Assembly (NCBI GenBank): GCA_963790305.1
Contig: CAWBOC010000002.1
Coordinates: 1-64,000, forward strand
DNA length: 64,000 bases
From: an uncultured Gemmatimonadaceae bacterium
GTDB lineage: Bacteria > Gemmatimonadota > Gemmatimonadetes > Gemmatimonadales > Gemmatimonadaceae
Reading direction: 5' to 3'
Of this stretch, positions 1 to 9,333 are shown piece after piece (position 1 is the first letter of the stretch; every line of letters begins with the position of its first letter). The position numbers were made by a program, and so were the translations under genes. Under the pieces are notes generated by a model that saw only the letters and a program-made list of their open reading frames with translations, was not told the DNA's origin and did no database searches.

Positions 1-7
1 TAGATCG

Positions 8-763
8 CTAGGGCGCGGGCTCGCTCGGCTGTGCCTCCCGCCGCCGATCCCATTCCAGCGCAGGTGACAACACGCCGTCGGGCGCCCGAACGCCCGGGGC
101 CGCTGCGCGGACGCCGCGACGCGACCGTCTCCTTCGGATGATCCACTCCGCGACGAGAAGATTGATCACCCACCCGGCTCCCATGAGGAAGGCCCGGCTG
201 GATTCCCCAGGCTTGCCGACGAGGATGAACCAGGGCAGATGCGTGAGCACCTGCGTGCCCGCCCCCAGGCCAATGGCGTATCCGCGCATCATCCACGCGC
301 CGTGTGAAGCGAAGTCTCCGCGTCGAATGGCGCGAATGGCAAGGACGATCGACACGGCCATCGCGGAGCCGAACACGAGGCGGATGACGTACAGGACTTC
401 GCCATCACCTTCCGGCCATGGATAGGCCAGCGTCATCCACAGGCCCGTGAGCGCAGCGGCAAGTCCGAGTAGTGCGAGCACCCGCCCCGCCGCGCGATGC
501 CAGCCGCGGTTGCGACGACGGAAACCCGGGGCAAACTGAAATGCGCCGACAATGCCGTACGGGATGACGATGAGAATGTGCAAGGCCACTGGGAACGGAT
601 TCGCGAAGAACCGCGCGTTCGCGGGGGTGACCTCCGCGCCGCCCGCCAGCTCGACGAGCCTCATGGTGCCAAACACGGCAGGCACGAGTGTCAACAGGAT
701 CAGCATCGCCGGGATAAGCCAATCGGACCGGCCTAACGGGGTCTTCGCGCTCATCATCGTCAC
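8..763 (-). CDS. DUF2306-like predicted membrane protein
   Basis: Six hydrophobic segments; WHRAAGR and HGAWMMRGYAIGLGAGTQ motifs typical of DUF2306; start may be 757 or 754. Confidence 0.75.
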   Translation of the reverse strand: MTMMSAKTPLGRSDWLIPAMLILLTLVPAVFGTMRLVELAGGAEVTPANARFFANPFPVALHILIVIPYGIVGAFQFAPGFRRRNRGWHRAAGRVLALLGLAAALTGLWMTLAYPWPEGDGEVLYVIRLVFGSAMAVSIVLAIRAIRRGDFASHGAWMMRGYAIGLGAGTQVLTHLPWFILVGKPGESSRAFLMGAGWVINLLVAEWIIRRRRSRRGVRAAAPGVRAPDGVLSPALEWDRRREAQPSEPAP

Positions 764-1005
764 CTAGCGGAACGGAAGGCGGCGTCGCGCCCAGGGCGGG
801 GGAAGCGTTCGGGGTACGCGCGACGATGCCGGGTGAGATGAAACCTGGTCGACATCGTCGCCGGCGTGCGGGTCCTACAGATACCAGTTGGAGACGCATC
901 AGGCAATGCCTCCTAGCGAGGCGCGCCGACAATGGCGTATGCTCCGGCCTACGGCGTGCCGCGTCCCTGGCTAAACAGCCCCACCGACCAACACTGGAGG
1001 CAGCG

Positions 1006-1950
1006 ATGTCCCCTACCCGCCGCGACTTCATCGCCAGCTCGGCCGCTGCGGCGTTAGGCGTTGCCCTCGGACGGACGGGCAACGCGTTCGCCCAGGCGGG
1101 AACCCAGCCACAGCCGGCCTTCACGCCCGTGCGGCGCAACGTTGGCACGTTCACCATGCGCGGGGGCACGGTGGGCTGGCTGGTGAACGCTCGGGGCGTC
1201 GCGGTAGTCGACACGCAGTTTCCGGCCGAGGCGAAGGCTCTCCTCGAGGGGTTGCAGTCGCGGTCGAAGAATCGAGGCGTCGATGTACTGCTCAACACCC
1301 ACCACCACGGCGATCATACCTCTGGGAATCCGGTGTTCCGCGGTATCGCGCGCCGCGTAGTGGCGCACGGCATGGCGGACCAGCACATGCGGCGCTCCCC
1401 CGCGGCGCCCCAGCCGCAGCAACAGCCACAGAACGCGCCGGAGCCGCTCTACCCTGACACGACCTTCACGCACGACTGGTCGGCTGAGGTCGGCGACGAG
1501 CGCATCGTCGCGAGGCACCACGGGCGCGCTCACACGAGTGGTGACGCCGTGATCACCTTCGAGCGCGCGAACGTGGTCCACATGGGCGACCTCATGTTCC
1601 AACGGCGTCATCCTGTCGTCGACCGGGCAGCCGGGGCGTCGATGCGAAACTGGATGCGCGTGCTCGAACATGTGGCGAACGCCCATGGGCGCGACACGAT
1701 CTACATCTTCGGCCACGCGAACACGGGGCTTCCGGTCACCGGCAGCTCGGCTGACCTTCTACAGTTCCGCGATTACCTCGGTGCCGTCCTGGCGTTCGTC
1801 GAGCGGCAGACTGGGGCGGGTCGCTCGCGCGAAGAGATCGCAGCGATGCGTGAGCCACTCGCGGGCTTCGAGGCGTGGGGCGCCTTCGGCCAGCCGGGCG
1901 CGCGCGATCCGCTCACCGTGGCGTACGAGGAAGTGACGACTGGATCGTAG
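1006..1950 (+). CDS. Tat-exported MBL-fold metallo-hydrolase (cyclase-like)
   Basis: GGAGG RBS at 996-1000; TRRDFI twin-arginine signal; THHHGDH, HTSGD, GDL and GH metallo-beta-lactamase motifs. Confidence 0.85.
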   Translation: MSPTRRDFIASSAAAALGVALGRTGNAFAQAGTQPQPAFTPVRRNVGTFTMRGGTVGWLVNARGVAVVDTQFPAEAKALLEGLQSRSKNRGVDVLLNTHHHGDHTSGNPVFRGIARRVVAHGMADQHMRRSPAAPQPQQQPQNAPEPLYPDTTFTHDWSAEVGDERIVARHHGRAHTSGDAVITFERANVVHMGDLMFQRRHPVVDRAAGASMRNWMRVLEHVANAHGRDTIYIFGHANTGLPVTGSSADLLQFRDYLGAVLAFVERQTGAGRSREEIAAMREPLAGFEAWGAFGQPGARDPLTVAYEEVTTGS

Positions 1951-1953
1951 GCG

Positions 1954-3900
1954 CTAACGTTGACGCGGCCACTTCATCCGTCCGATGATCCTGAGGAATC
2001 CGGGATCCGTTCGCAACGGGTCCCACACCGGTGAGGTTTGGAGCAGCACCAGTTCCGCATCGCGTTCGGCGAATCCGCGTTGGAGCCATGTGAGCGTTTG
2101 CGCGAGGTCTCCCAGCCCGAGGTGGATCATCGCAATCGCCGTAGGCGCAACGTACGTAGCCCGGTCGAGCGTCAGCAGCTCGTGGAGGATGCGTCGCGCG
2201 TCATCGCTGCGGCCTGATCGGGCGTAGGCGTACCCCAGCCAACCTTTGAGACGCGCGTAGTCGGGAGCGAGGGCCACACCCTTCTCGAACGCAAGAACAG
2301 CCTGACCGAGCGCGTTAAGACCGGCATGGGCCTGACCGAGTCGCTGGTACGACAGATAGAATCCGCTGTCGAGAGCGATTCCATACTCCGCCTGCTCCAG
2401 CGCATCCTGATACCGTCGCGCAAGGTAGAGTACGTGGGCGAGATTCTGCGACATCACCGGAACGGTGGGACTGAGTCTCAGCGCCTCCCGCGCTTCGATG
2501 ATCGCTTCCTCGTGTCGCTCGTGCCATGCGAGGAAGTAGCCGTAGTCGGCGCGCGCGTAATCGAAGCCCGGGCTCAGCCGAAGGGCGCGCAGAAAGTGTC
2601 GCTCGGCATCGACCCACGCCCACTCGGCGGCCGCCAGAACCCAGGCGAGATTGACGTGCGCACCGGCGTGCTGCGGGTCGAGGGCGAGCGCCCGTTCCGT
2701 CGACGCGCGGACTTCGGAAAACGCGATGGTGGGAGCGACGTCGCTCAGAAAGGGCGTGTTTATGAAGCACGCCCCTCGCACGGCGTGCCCCGACGCGAAG
2801 CGCGGATCGTGCCTGATCGCGTCGTCCGCGTGTCGGATGCATGCCTTGAGGTCGTGCGCCCTGCGCTTCTGGAGATCGTGGCGAGCTCGCAGCCACGCCG
2901 CATGAGCTTCGGTGGCGACCGCTGGCGGACGCGGCTTGTCGGGTGCGGCGGATGACTCGCGCCACATGCCGTGCGTTGCACCGATAGCGATCAGGCCCGC
3001 CGCCGCGCCCGCGAGCGCGATGACCCTGCGACGATCGACTCGGCGCGAAGGGCTCGGAGCTGTCTCGACGGCGCTCATCCCAGCCCGCGACTGTGCGAGG
3101 ACGGGAGCAGACGTCGAACGCACGAAGCCGGTGAGTTGCGGCGCTCCCTGACTGCGCGCGCGTAGCTCGGCAGCCAACGCCTGGGTCTCCGGGTCCGGAT
3201 CGACCTCCAGCTCCTCGCGTAGCCAGTGGGCGTACGCCTCGTATGCGTGCACCGCGCCAGCGCGCTCTCCCGCTCGATCGAGCATCAGGATCAGCCGGCG
3301 AACACCCTTCTCCTCGTGTGGAGAGAAGGCGGCGGCCTTCCGCGCCCATTCCACGGCTGACTCGAGGCGTCCATCCGCCTCGTCCGCGTCGGCCAGGTTC
3401 CATGCCGCGCGAGCTGCGGCTCCCTGAAATCGTGTCCGCTCGGCGGCCTGCCACCGCTCGAATGCCATGCACCCCGACAGGTGGAACCCATCGAGAAAAT
3501 CTCCCCGATATAGCAACAGCGCGCGTTGCCACTCATGACGCTCGATTGCGGCCTCGAACTCCAGTGCGTCGCACCAGAGCTCCTCGGGCGCAATGCCGAC
3601 TTCGTGTCGCCCTCGGGTGAGCACCACCGTTGGTCCGATCGCGCTCCGAATCGCGCGAAGGGCCTGGTTAGCGGCCCATCGCGCGTGCTGCTGGTCGTGC
3701 TCCGGCCAGAAGAGGGCGAGAAGAGTGCTCCGCGGGTGTAGTCCACGCGGCCGGGCCAGCAGCAGCCAGGCGAGTAGCCCAACGCGCTTCGGCTGCGCGA
3801 GGAGGGAACTAGCGTCCCCCTGTGTGACCCCGCCGAGGCTGACCGCTCCGAACGTGCGAAGCTCCATCCTCTCCGCGGAGAGGGAAGTACGCGCGTCCAT
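1954..3900 (-). CDS. SARP/BTAD-family transcriptional activator with transmembrane helix and C-terminal TPR repeats
   Basis: N-terminal LRTFG..LLALFWPE winged helix, LYRGDFLDGF and ELEVDPDPET BTAD motifs, hydrophobic segment near aa 295-310, TPR repeats, terminal WDPLRTDPGF motif. Confidence 0.85.
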   Translation of the reverse strand: MDARTSLSAERMELRTFGAVSLGGVTQGDASSLLAQPKRVGLLAWLLLARPRGLHPRSTLLALFWPEHDQQHARWAANQALRAIRSAIGPTVVLTRGRHEVGIAPEELWCDALEFEAAIERHEWQRALLLYRGDFLDGFHLSGCMAFERWQAAERTRFQGAAARAAWNLADADEADGRLESAVEWARKAAAFSPHEEKGVRRLILMLDRAGERAGAVHAYEAYAHWLREELEVDPDPETQALAAELRARSQGAPQLTGFVRSTSAPVLAQSRAGMSAVETAPSPSRRVDRRRVIALAGAAAGLIAIGATHGMWRESSAAPDKPRPPAVATEAHAAWLRARHDLQKRRAHDLKACIRHADDAIRHDPRFASGHAVRGACFINTPFLSDVAPTIAFSEVRASTERALALDPQHAGAHVNLAWVLAAAEWAWVDAERHFLRALRLSPGFDYARADYGYFLAWHERHEEAIIEAREALRLSPTVPVMSQNLAHVLYLARRYQDALEQAEYGIALDSGFYLSYQRLGQAHAGLNALGQAVLAFEKGVALAPDYARLKGWLGYAYARSGRSDDARRILHELLTLDRATYVAPTAIAMIHLGLGDLAQTLTWLQRGFAERDAELVLLQTSPVWDPLRTDPGFLRIIGRMKWPRQR

Positions 3901-3911
3901 GCAATCCCTCC

Positions 3912-3973
3912 GGTCACCGGCTGGTCACCGAAATTTCACCTTGGTGCCCTACACTACCGCTCCGATCGTCACC
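3912..3973 (+). promoter_or_regulatory. Putative SARP-binding direct repeats with -10 element for the S8 peptidase gene
   Basis: TCACC at 3914, 3925, 3936 and 3969, all in 11-bp register; TACACT at 3950-3955. Confidence 0.6.
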
Positions 3974-4040
3974 GGTCAATCGAACGTCCGGCGACGGTGC
4001 CCCTTGCGCTCATCTTGGCGCGGTCAAACCCGGAGACGTT

Positions 4041-5517
4041 ATGCACGCGAGAGCGATCGTCCCACTCCTGCTCCCCCTAACGACCCAGCTGTTCCAAGGG
4101 TGCGACGCTGGAGCCATTCCGACCGAGAACTCGACACGGAAGGCTTTCGTGGCGAACGCCACGCACTCTCCGAATAACCACGTAGTGGTATTCGCGTCGG
4201 CGCACGTGCCGGGCGCCTTTGAAGAGCAGGTGGCGGCGTTTGGGGGAGTGCTCGAACGCGTCGTCGCCCCGGTGGGCCTGGCGGTCGTCAGCGGCCTGGG
4301 TGAGGACGCGCTCGGCGCCCTGCGCGCGCAACAGCGACGTACTGTCGGTCGAGCCGGACGCAATGCTCGAACCGACCGTCGAGCACACATTCGGAGTTGA
4401 GGCCTATGAAAGCTCCGACGTGGGGATCGAGAGCCATGGGGGCCCGACGACGGCCGCCTTCTTCTCACGTCAATGGAACCTTCGCGCGATCGGCGCGGAC
4501 GTCGCGTGGGCCCAGGGCAATCTCGGCTCGCCCGATGTGCTCGTCGGCATCCTCGATTCGGGAATCGACTATCTGCATCCGGAGCTCGAAGGCCTCGTGG
4601 ATCTCTCTCGATCGATCTCTCTCGTCCCGGCGCTCGACGCCGAGGTTGCGAGTCTGTTTCCGGGCAGGCATCCGGTCACCGACCTGAACTCGCACGGCAC
4701 CGCGATGGCCGGACTGATCGTGAGCAACGCGCACCTGCTGGCCGGCGTCAGTCAGCGAACCACCATCTTCGGCGTGAAGGTCCGAGATGGGATCGACGGT
4801 GGTTTGGTGAGCACGTTCATCGCTGGCATCGTGTACGCCGTCGAGCAGGGAGCCGACGTCATTCACATCAGCGGTATCGGCCAATTCAGCAAGAGTGCGA
4901 ATCCCGGGCTCGTCGCCGCAGTGAACAGAGCCGTCAACCTCGCGAACCGCCGCGGCGCGGTGCTCGTGGCGCCGGCCGGCAACACGGGTGCGGCGCAGAA
5001 CGTGGTGCGTGGTCCGGGTGACTGGGACCACGATGAAGACCGGTTCGGGTTCTGTGTCGCACCGCACGTCATCTGCGTTTCGGCGACTGCGCCGACGGCA
5101 GCGGCGAGCCTAAACGGGCCCTGGACCGATGTCGACGCAGTGGCGCCATATAGCAACTTCGGGCTCTCCGCGATCAACGTCGCCGCTCCGGGCGGCGCTC
5201 CGTTACAGCGCCTCGGACCGGCCGGCGGCGTGTGGGTGTTGTGCGCGCTCACGACGCAAGTGCAGGTGCCCAACGTCCAATTTCCCTGTCGCCGCGGTGC
5301 CGGTCTCCTCGTGACGTCGAGCTCCGGGACGAGCTGGAGCGCCGGCACCACCTCGGGACTCGCGGCGCTCCTCGTCGCGCAGATCGGAAAGGGGAATCAG
5401 GCCCAGATCCGCGCGCGGATCCTTCAGACAGCGGACGATATCGGCGAGCCGGGGACGGATGCGCGGTACGGGAGGGGAAGGATCAATGTGGCTCGTGCGG
5501 TTGGTGCTGTGCCCTGA
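4041..5517 (+). CDS. S8 subtilisin-family serine peptidase (frameshifted at about 4330)
   Basis: Signal/propeptide in ORF 4041 joins catalytic domain in ORF 4219; ILDSGID, HGTAMAG, AGN, SGTS triad motifs, YGRGRINV terminus. Confidence 0.85.
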
Positions 5518-5545
5518 AGCTGAAAGAGGGTAGACTGGCTCTGCG

Positions 5546-6613
5546 CTACGGCGTGGAAGCATCGTGATCGCGAAGTCGCGCGAGCGCCCACGCGGTGTGC
5601 TCGCGCAGCATCGCGTCGGATTCCTCGTCACGAGCGCGCGTGAGCACGTCGACATCGTCCGTGGTGCCGACGTTGCCGAGCACCACGGCGGCGTTGCGCT
5701 TGAGCCCGCGCAGCTTCGCGCGCTTCATCGGTGACTTGCTGAACGCGCGACTGAACTCCGCTTGCGTCATGGCCAACAGCTCCCGCGCGAGCTGCCGCGC
5801 ATCGCGCCCGACGATCGCCGCCCGTGGCGCATACGCTGGCTCCTTCAGCTCCTGCGCGAACTTGACGTTGAACGGGCACACGTCCTGGCAGATGTCGCAG
5901 CCGTAGAGCAAGGACCCCATCGGCTCGCGCAGTGCCTCGGGAATCTCGCCCTTGAGCTCGATGGTCAGGTAAGAGATACAGCGTGTCGCATCGAGCAGTC
6001 GCGGCTCGACGAGCGCATTCGTCGGACAGGCATCGAGGCAGCGCGTGCAGGTGCCGCACCGATCGGCCTCGAAGGGCGCGTCAGGCTGAAGCTCGAGGTC
6101 GACGAGCAGGGCGCCGAGGAAGAAGAACGAGCCGAGCTCCGGATTGAGGAGGTTGGTGTTCTTTCCGAACCAGCCGAGCCCGGCGCGCCGTGCAAGGTCG
6201 CGCTCGAGCAGCGGCCCGGTGTCGACATAGGCCTTGCCGTGCACGGTATGCCCAACCTCGGCGGCGATCCATTCGTGCAGCGCGTCGAGCTTTGCCGTCA
6301 TGACCTCGTGATAGTCGTCGCCACGCGCATAACGAGCGACGGGTCCGCTCGGGGCCCTTCCGCCGTAGTCCATGGCGACGACGATTGCGCTCACCGTACC
6401 CGGGAAGGGAAGCCGCGTATCGCGCCGCTTGTCCGCCCACCGCGGGAGGTAGTGCATGTCGCCGGCGAAACCCCGCGCCACCCACGCGTCGAATGCCTGC
6501 GCCGTATCGGCTGGGCCGAGCCGTGCGACGCCGGCGAGATCGAAGCCCAGGCCGAACGCCTGAGCCTTGATCCGCTCCTCGATCGCGCTCGTCCGCGTGA
6601 CGGGCGCGATCAT
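5546..6613 (-). CDS. queG: tRNA epoxyqueuosine(34) reductase
   Basis: ARYARGDDYH, YVDTGP, CGTCTRCLDACPT, CISYLTIE, GCDICQDVCPFN motifs. Confidence 0.95.
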   Translation of the reverse strand: MIAPVTRTSAIEERIKAQAFGLGFDLAGVARLGPADTAQAFDAWVARGFAGDMHYLPRWADKRRDTRLPFPGTVSAIVVAMDYGGRAPSGPVARYARGDDYHEVMTAKLDALHEWIAAEVGHTVHGKAYVDTGPLLERDLARRAGLGWFGKNTNLLNPELGSFFFLGALLVDLELQPDAPFEADRCGTCTRCLDACPTNALVEPRLLDATRCISYLTIELKGEIPEALREPMGSLLYGCDICQDVCPFNVKFAQELKEPAYAPRAAIVGRDARQLARELLAMTQAEFSRAFSKSPMKRAKLRGLKRNAAVVLGNVGTTDDVDVLTRARDEESDAMLREHTAWALARLRDHDASTP

Positions 6614-6858
6614 GGAGACTTCACCGCCCACTCCGCGTAGCGGACCACATCATTCACCGGTGGCACCGCATCGTGATCGCCGTACGCGGTGTGCATACGC
6701 CAGCGCACGTAGTCGCGCGACGGGAGGGGCAGAAAGGGCCACTGGCGGTACCACTTCCGGCGGCGGAATCGCCACATTACGCGCACCAGCGCCCCCGCGA
6801 GCGGTGGATTCACGGCCGCGCGCGCGGCCAGCGCAACTGTGAGGCGTCCCCATCCCAT
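6610..6858 (-). CDS. small hypothetical protein translationally coupled to queG
   Basis: ATGA overlap with queG start; protein-like PFLPLP..YVRWRMHTAYG sequence. Confidence 0.7.
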   Translation of the reverse strand: MGWGRLTVALAARAAVNPPLAGALVRVMWRFRRRKWYRQWPFLPLPSRDYVRWRMHTAYGDHDAVPPVNDVVRYAEWAVKSP

Positions 6859-6881
6859 GCCTGCAATCTCACGAGACGGCC

Positions 6882-7124
6882 ATGTTGCATCAACTCATCG
6901 GCATTCTTGGCGCCCTGCTCGTCCTCGGCGGCTACCTCGCGCTGCAGCGCGGATGGCTCACGCTCGAGCAGCGGGTGTATCACGCGATGAACTTCGTCGG
7001 CGCGGGGCTCCTGGCCTGGATTGCCGCCACTGAACGACAGGTCGGACTGACGCTGGTCGAAGGCGCGTGGGCGCTGCTCTCCATTCCAGGACTGGTTCGA
7101 CCGCCGCGGCGCCGAACCCCGTAA
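6882..7124 (+). CDS. CBU_0592-like small membrane protein
   Basis: Three hydrophobic segments with IGILGA..YHAMNFVGA..EGAW pattern. Confidence 0.7.
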   Translation: MLHQLIGILGALLVLGGYLALQRGWLTLEQRVYHAMNFVGAGLLAWIAATERQVGLTLVEGAWALLSIPGLVRPPRRRTP

Positions 7125-7196
7125 GCCTTCCGTAAGACGCGTTGACGCCCGCCGACCGCTGACCGACCTTTCTGACGCCATTTTCCGAGAAACTCC

Positions 7197-9212
7197 ATGA
7201 TCCAGTACGCCTTTCTGCTCGCTGCGGCCTTTCAGGTGCAGCAGACCCAGCCACCGCCGTCGACGCTCCGGGCATCGCCAATCGCGCGGCTCGTCATCAC
7301 GCCGGCGCAGCGCACCGTCACCGCGGGCGACACCATTCGCCTGCGCGTGCAGGCAATCGACTCCGCCGGCCAGCCGGTGCCTAACGCCCGAATAATATTC
7401 CGGAAGATCGGCGCCTACTTCGAGGGCGAAGTCGATTCCACTGGCCTGGTGACCGCGGGCTCGCCCGGTGTGATGCCGGTGGGTATCGCCGCGCTCGTGG
7501 ACGGCACGCGGCCCGTGGCCGAGCGCATCGAGCTTCGCATGGTCCCGGGACCGGTCGCGCGCATCGAGCTCAGCCCCCGCATCACCAGGCTCGCCCCCGG
7601 CCAGCGCATTCGTCTCGAGGCGGAGAGCTTCTCGGCCACCGGCGACGCGCGTCGCGACGACATCGCGTGGCGGAGCTCCGCGCCGTCGATCGTTCGCGTG
7701 AATGACGCCGGTCTGTTGACGGCGGTTGCGGCTGGACGCGCCACGATCACGGCTAGCGCGGGCGATGCGAAGGCGACGCTACCGGTGCAGGTGATCGCGA
7801 CGCCGATCGGCTCGATAGAGCTGACGCCTGCGACGAATCGGGTGCGGCAGGGCGACGTCATCCGCTTCCAGACGACGGTGAAGGATCGCGCGGGTACACG
7901 TATCGCCGGTCTCACGCCGAGCTGGACGTTCGCGCCAGGGCAGGGAATGATCGATGCCGACGGCGCCTTTGTCGCCTACGAGCCGGGGGAGTACACGGTG
8001 ACGGCCAACTTCGGATCGCGAAGCGCAGACGCGGTCGTCCGCGTGGAGCCTCGCGATGTCCGGCGTCCGCTGTCGGTCGTGGGACGTCTGCCGCGGTCGC
8101 GCTTCAACACCGAGGAGGTCTGGATTCACCCGAACGGCAAGTACGCGTATCTCGGATCGGGCGGCGGTGGCGACGTGATGTACACGATCGACATCAGCGA
8201 TCCGACGAAGCCGTGGGTTACCGACTCGATCGTCGCCAACACGCGCCGCGTGAACGACGTCATGACGACGCCCGACGGCAAGTTCCTGGTCTTCACGCGC
8301 GAAGGCGCGATGGACCGCAAGAACGGGATCGTGATCGCGTCGACGGAGGATCCCGCGCACCCGCGCCCGATCTCCGAGTTCACTGAAGGCGTCACCGCTG
8401 GTGTCCACTCGGCGTTCATCTACAAGGATCCGAAGCACGGGACGCACGTCTTCCTGACCAACGACGGCACCGGTGCGCTGCACGTCATCAACATCGATGA
8501 CCCGCACCATCCGAAGGAAGTGGCGCAGTGGCGCACGGAGAATCGGCCCGACGCAGGCCGCTCGCTGCACGACATCGACGTGCAGGACGGAATGCTGTAC
8601 GCCAGCTACTGGAACGACGGGCTCGTCATCCTCGACGTCGGCAACGGCATGAAGGGCGGCACGCCGTCGAAGCCGCAGTTCGTATCGCAGTTCAAGTACG
8701 ACCTCGAGGCGCTGTACCGCGATGTCGCGGCCACCGGTGGTCCCGGCTACATCCGCGGCACGCATACGGCGTGGCGGCACCGTGACTATGTCATCATCGC
8801 CGATGAGGTGTTCCCCGCATCAGGACCCAAGGGCGCGAAGGACGAATCGGCGGGGCGCGCCTATGGCCGGCTTCAGGTCGTCGACATCAGCGACATCACC
8901 AAGCCGAAGTCGGTCGCCTGGTACGAGCCTGAGTACGGCGGCGTGCACAACGTCTGGGTCGCGGGCGACACGCTCTATCTGGGTGCATACAACGGGGGCT
9001 TCCACGCCTTCGACATCTCGGGCGAGCTGCGCGGCGATCTTCGCGCGCAGGGCCGCGAGATCGCCAACCTGTTGACCGCCGACCGCGACGGCACGATGCC
9101 GAACGCGACAATGACGTGGGGCGTGGTGGTGAAGGATGGGCTCGCGTACGTGAACGACATGCGGAACGGGCTGTGGATAGTCCGGATCGAGCCGAGGGTG
9201 GTAGTGCCTTAG
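7197..9212 (+). CDS. Secreted protein with Ig-like (Big_2) repeats and LVIVD-type beta-propeller
   Basis: Signal peptide; WRSSAPSIVRVNDAGLLTAVAAGRATITA Big_2 signature; repeated IDISDP, LHVINIDDP, LVILDV, LQVVDISD. Confidence 0.8.
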   Translation: MIQYAFLLAAAFQVQQTQPPPSTLRASPIARLVITPAQRTVTAGDTIRLRVQAIDSAGQPVPNARIIFRKIGAYFEGEVDSTGLVTAGSPGVMPVGIAALVDGTRPVAERIELRMVPGPVARIELSPRITRLAPGQRIRLEAESFSATGDARRDDIAWRSSAPSIVRVNDAGLLTAVAAGRATITASAGDAKATLPVQVIATPIGSIELTPATNRVRQGDVIRFQTTVKDRAGTRIAGLTPSWTFAPGQGMIDADGAFVAYEPGEYTVTANFGSRSADAVVRVEPRDVRRPLSVVGRLPRSRFNTEEVWIHPNGKYAYLGSGGGGDVMYTIDISDPTKPWVTDSIVANTRRVNDVMTTPDGKFLVFTREGAMDRKNGIVIASTEDPAHPRPISEFTEGVTAGVHSAFIYKDPKHGTHVFLTNDGTGALHVINIDDPHHPKEVAQWRTENRPDAGRSLHDIDVQDGMLYASYWNDGLVILDVGNGMKGGTPSKPQFVSQFKYDLEALYRDVAATGGPGYIRGTHTAWRHRDYVIIADEVFPASGPKGAKDESAGRAYGRLQVVDISDITKPKSVAWYEPEYGGVHNVWVAGDTLYLGAYNGGFHAFDISGELRGDLRAQGREIANLLTADRDGTMPNATMTWGVVVKDGLAYVNDMRNGLWIVRIEPRVVVP

Positions 9213-9213
9213 A

Positions 9214-9329
9214 AATGCGGAATGCGGAATGCGAGTAAGACCTTGAATGGCAGAGGGCTCCGAGTACTTGCTCGGAGCCCTCATTCGCTTACGGTCTTAC
9301 CAGCCTTCCGCATTCCGCATTCCGCATTC
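9214..9329. repeat. AATGCGG-unit tandem/inverted repeat with nested inner hairpins
   Basis: (AATGCGG)x3 ... (CCGCATT)x3 arms enclosing GTAAGACC/GGTCTTAC and GAGGGCTCCGAG/CTCGGAGCCCTC stems; lies between convergent genes. Confidence 0.9.
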
Positions 9330-9333
9330 AGCT

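Noticed and set aside
7141..7180. GACCGC/CTGACC-like units upstream of the LVIVD gene
   Set aside because: Too degenerate and without an inverted partner to assign to the GGGGTCA family.
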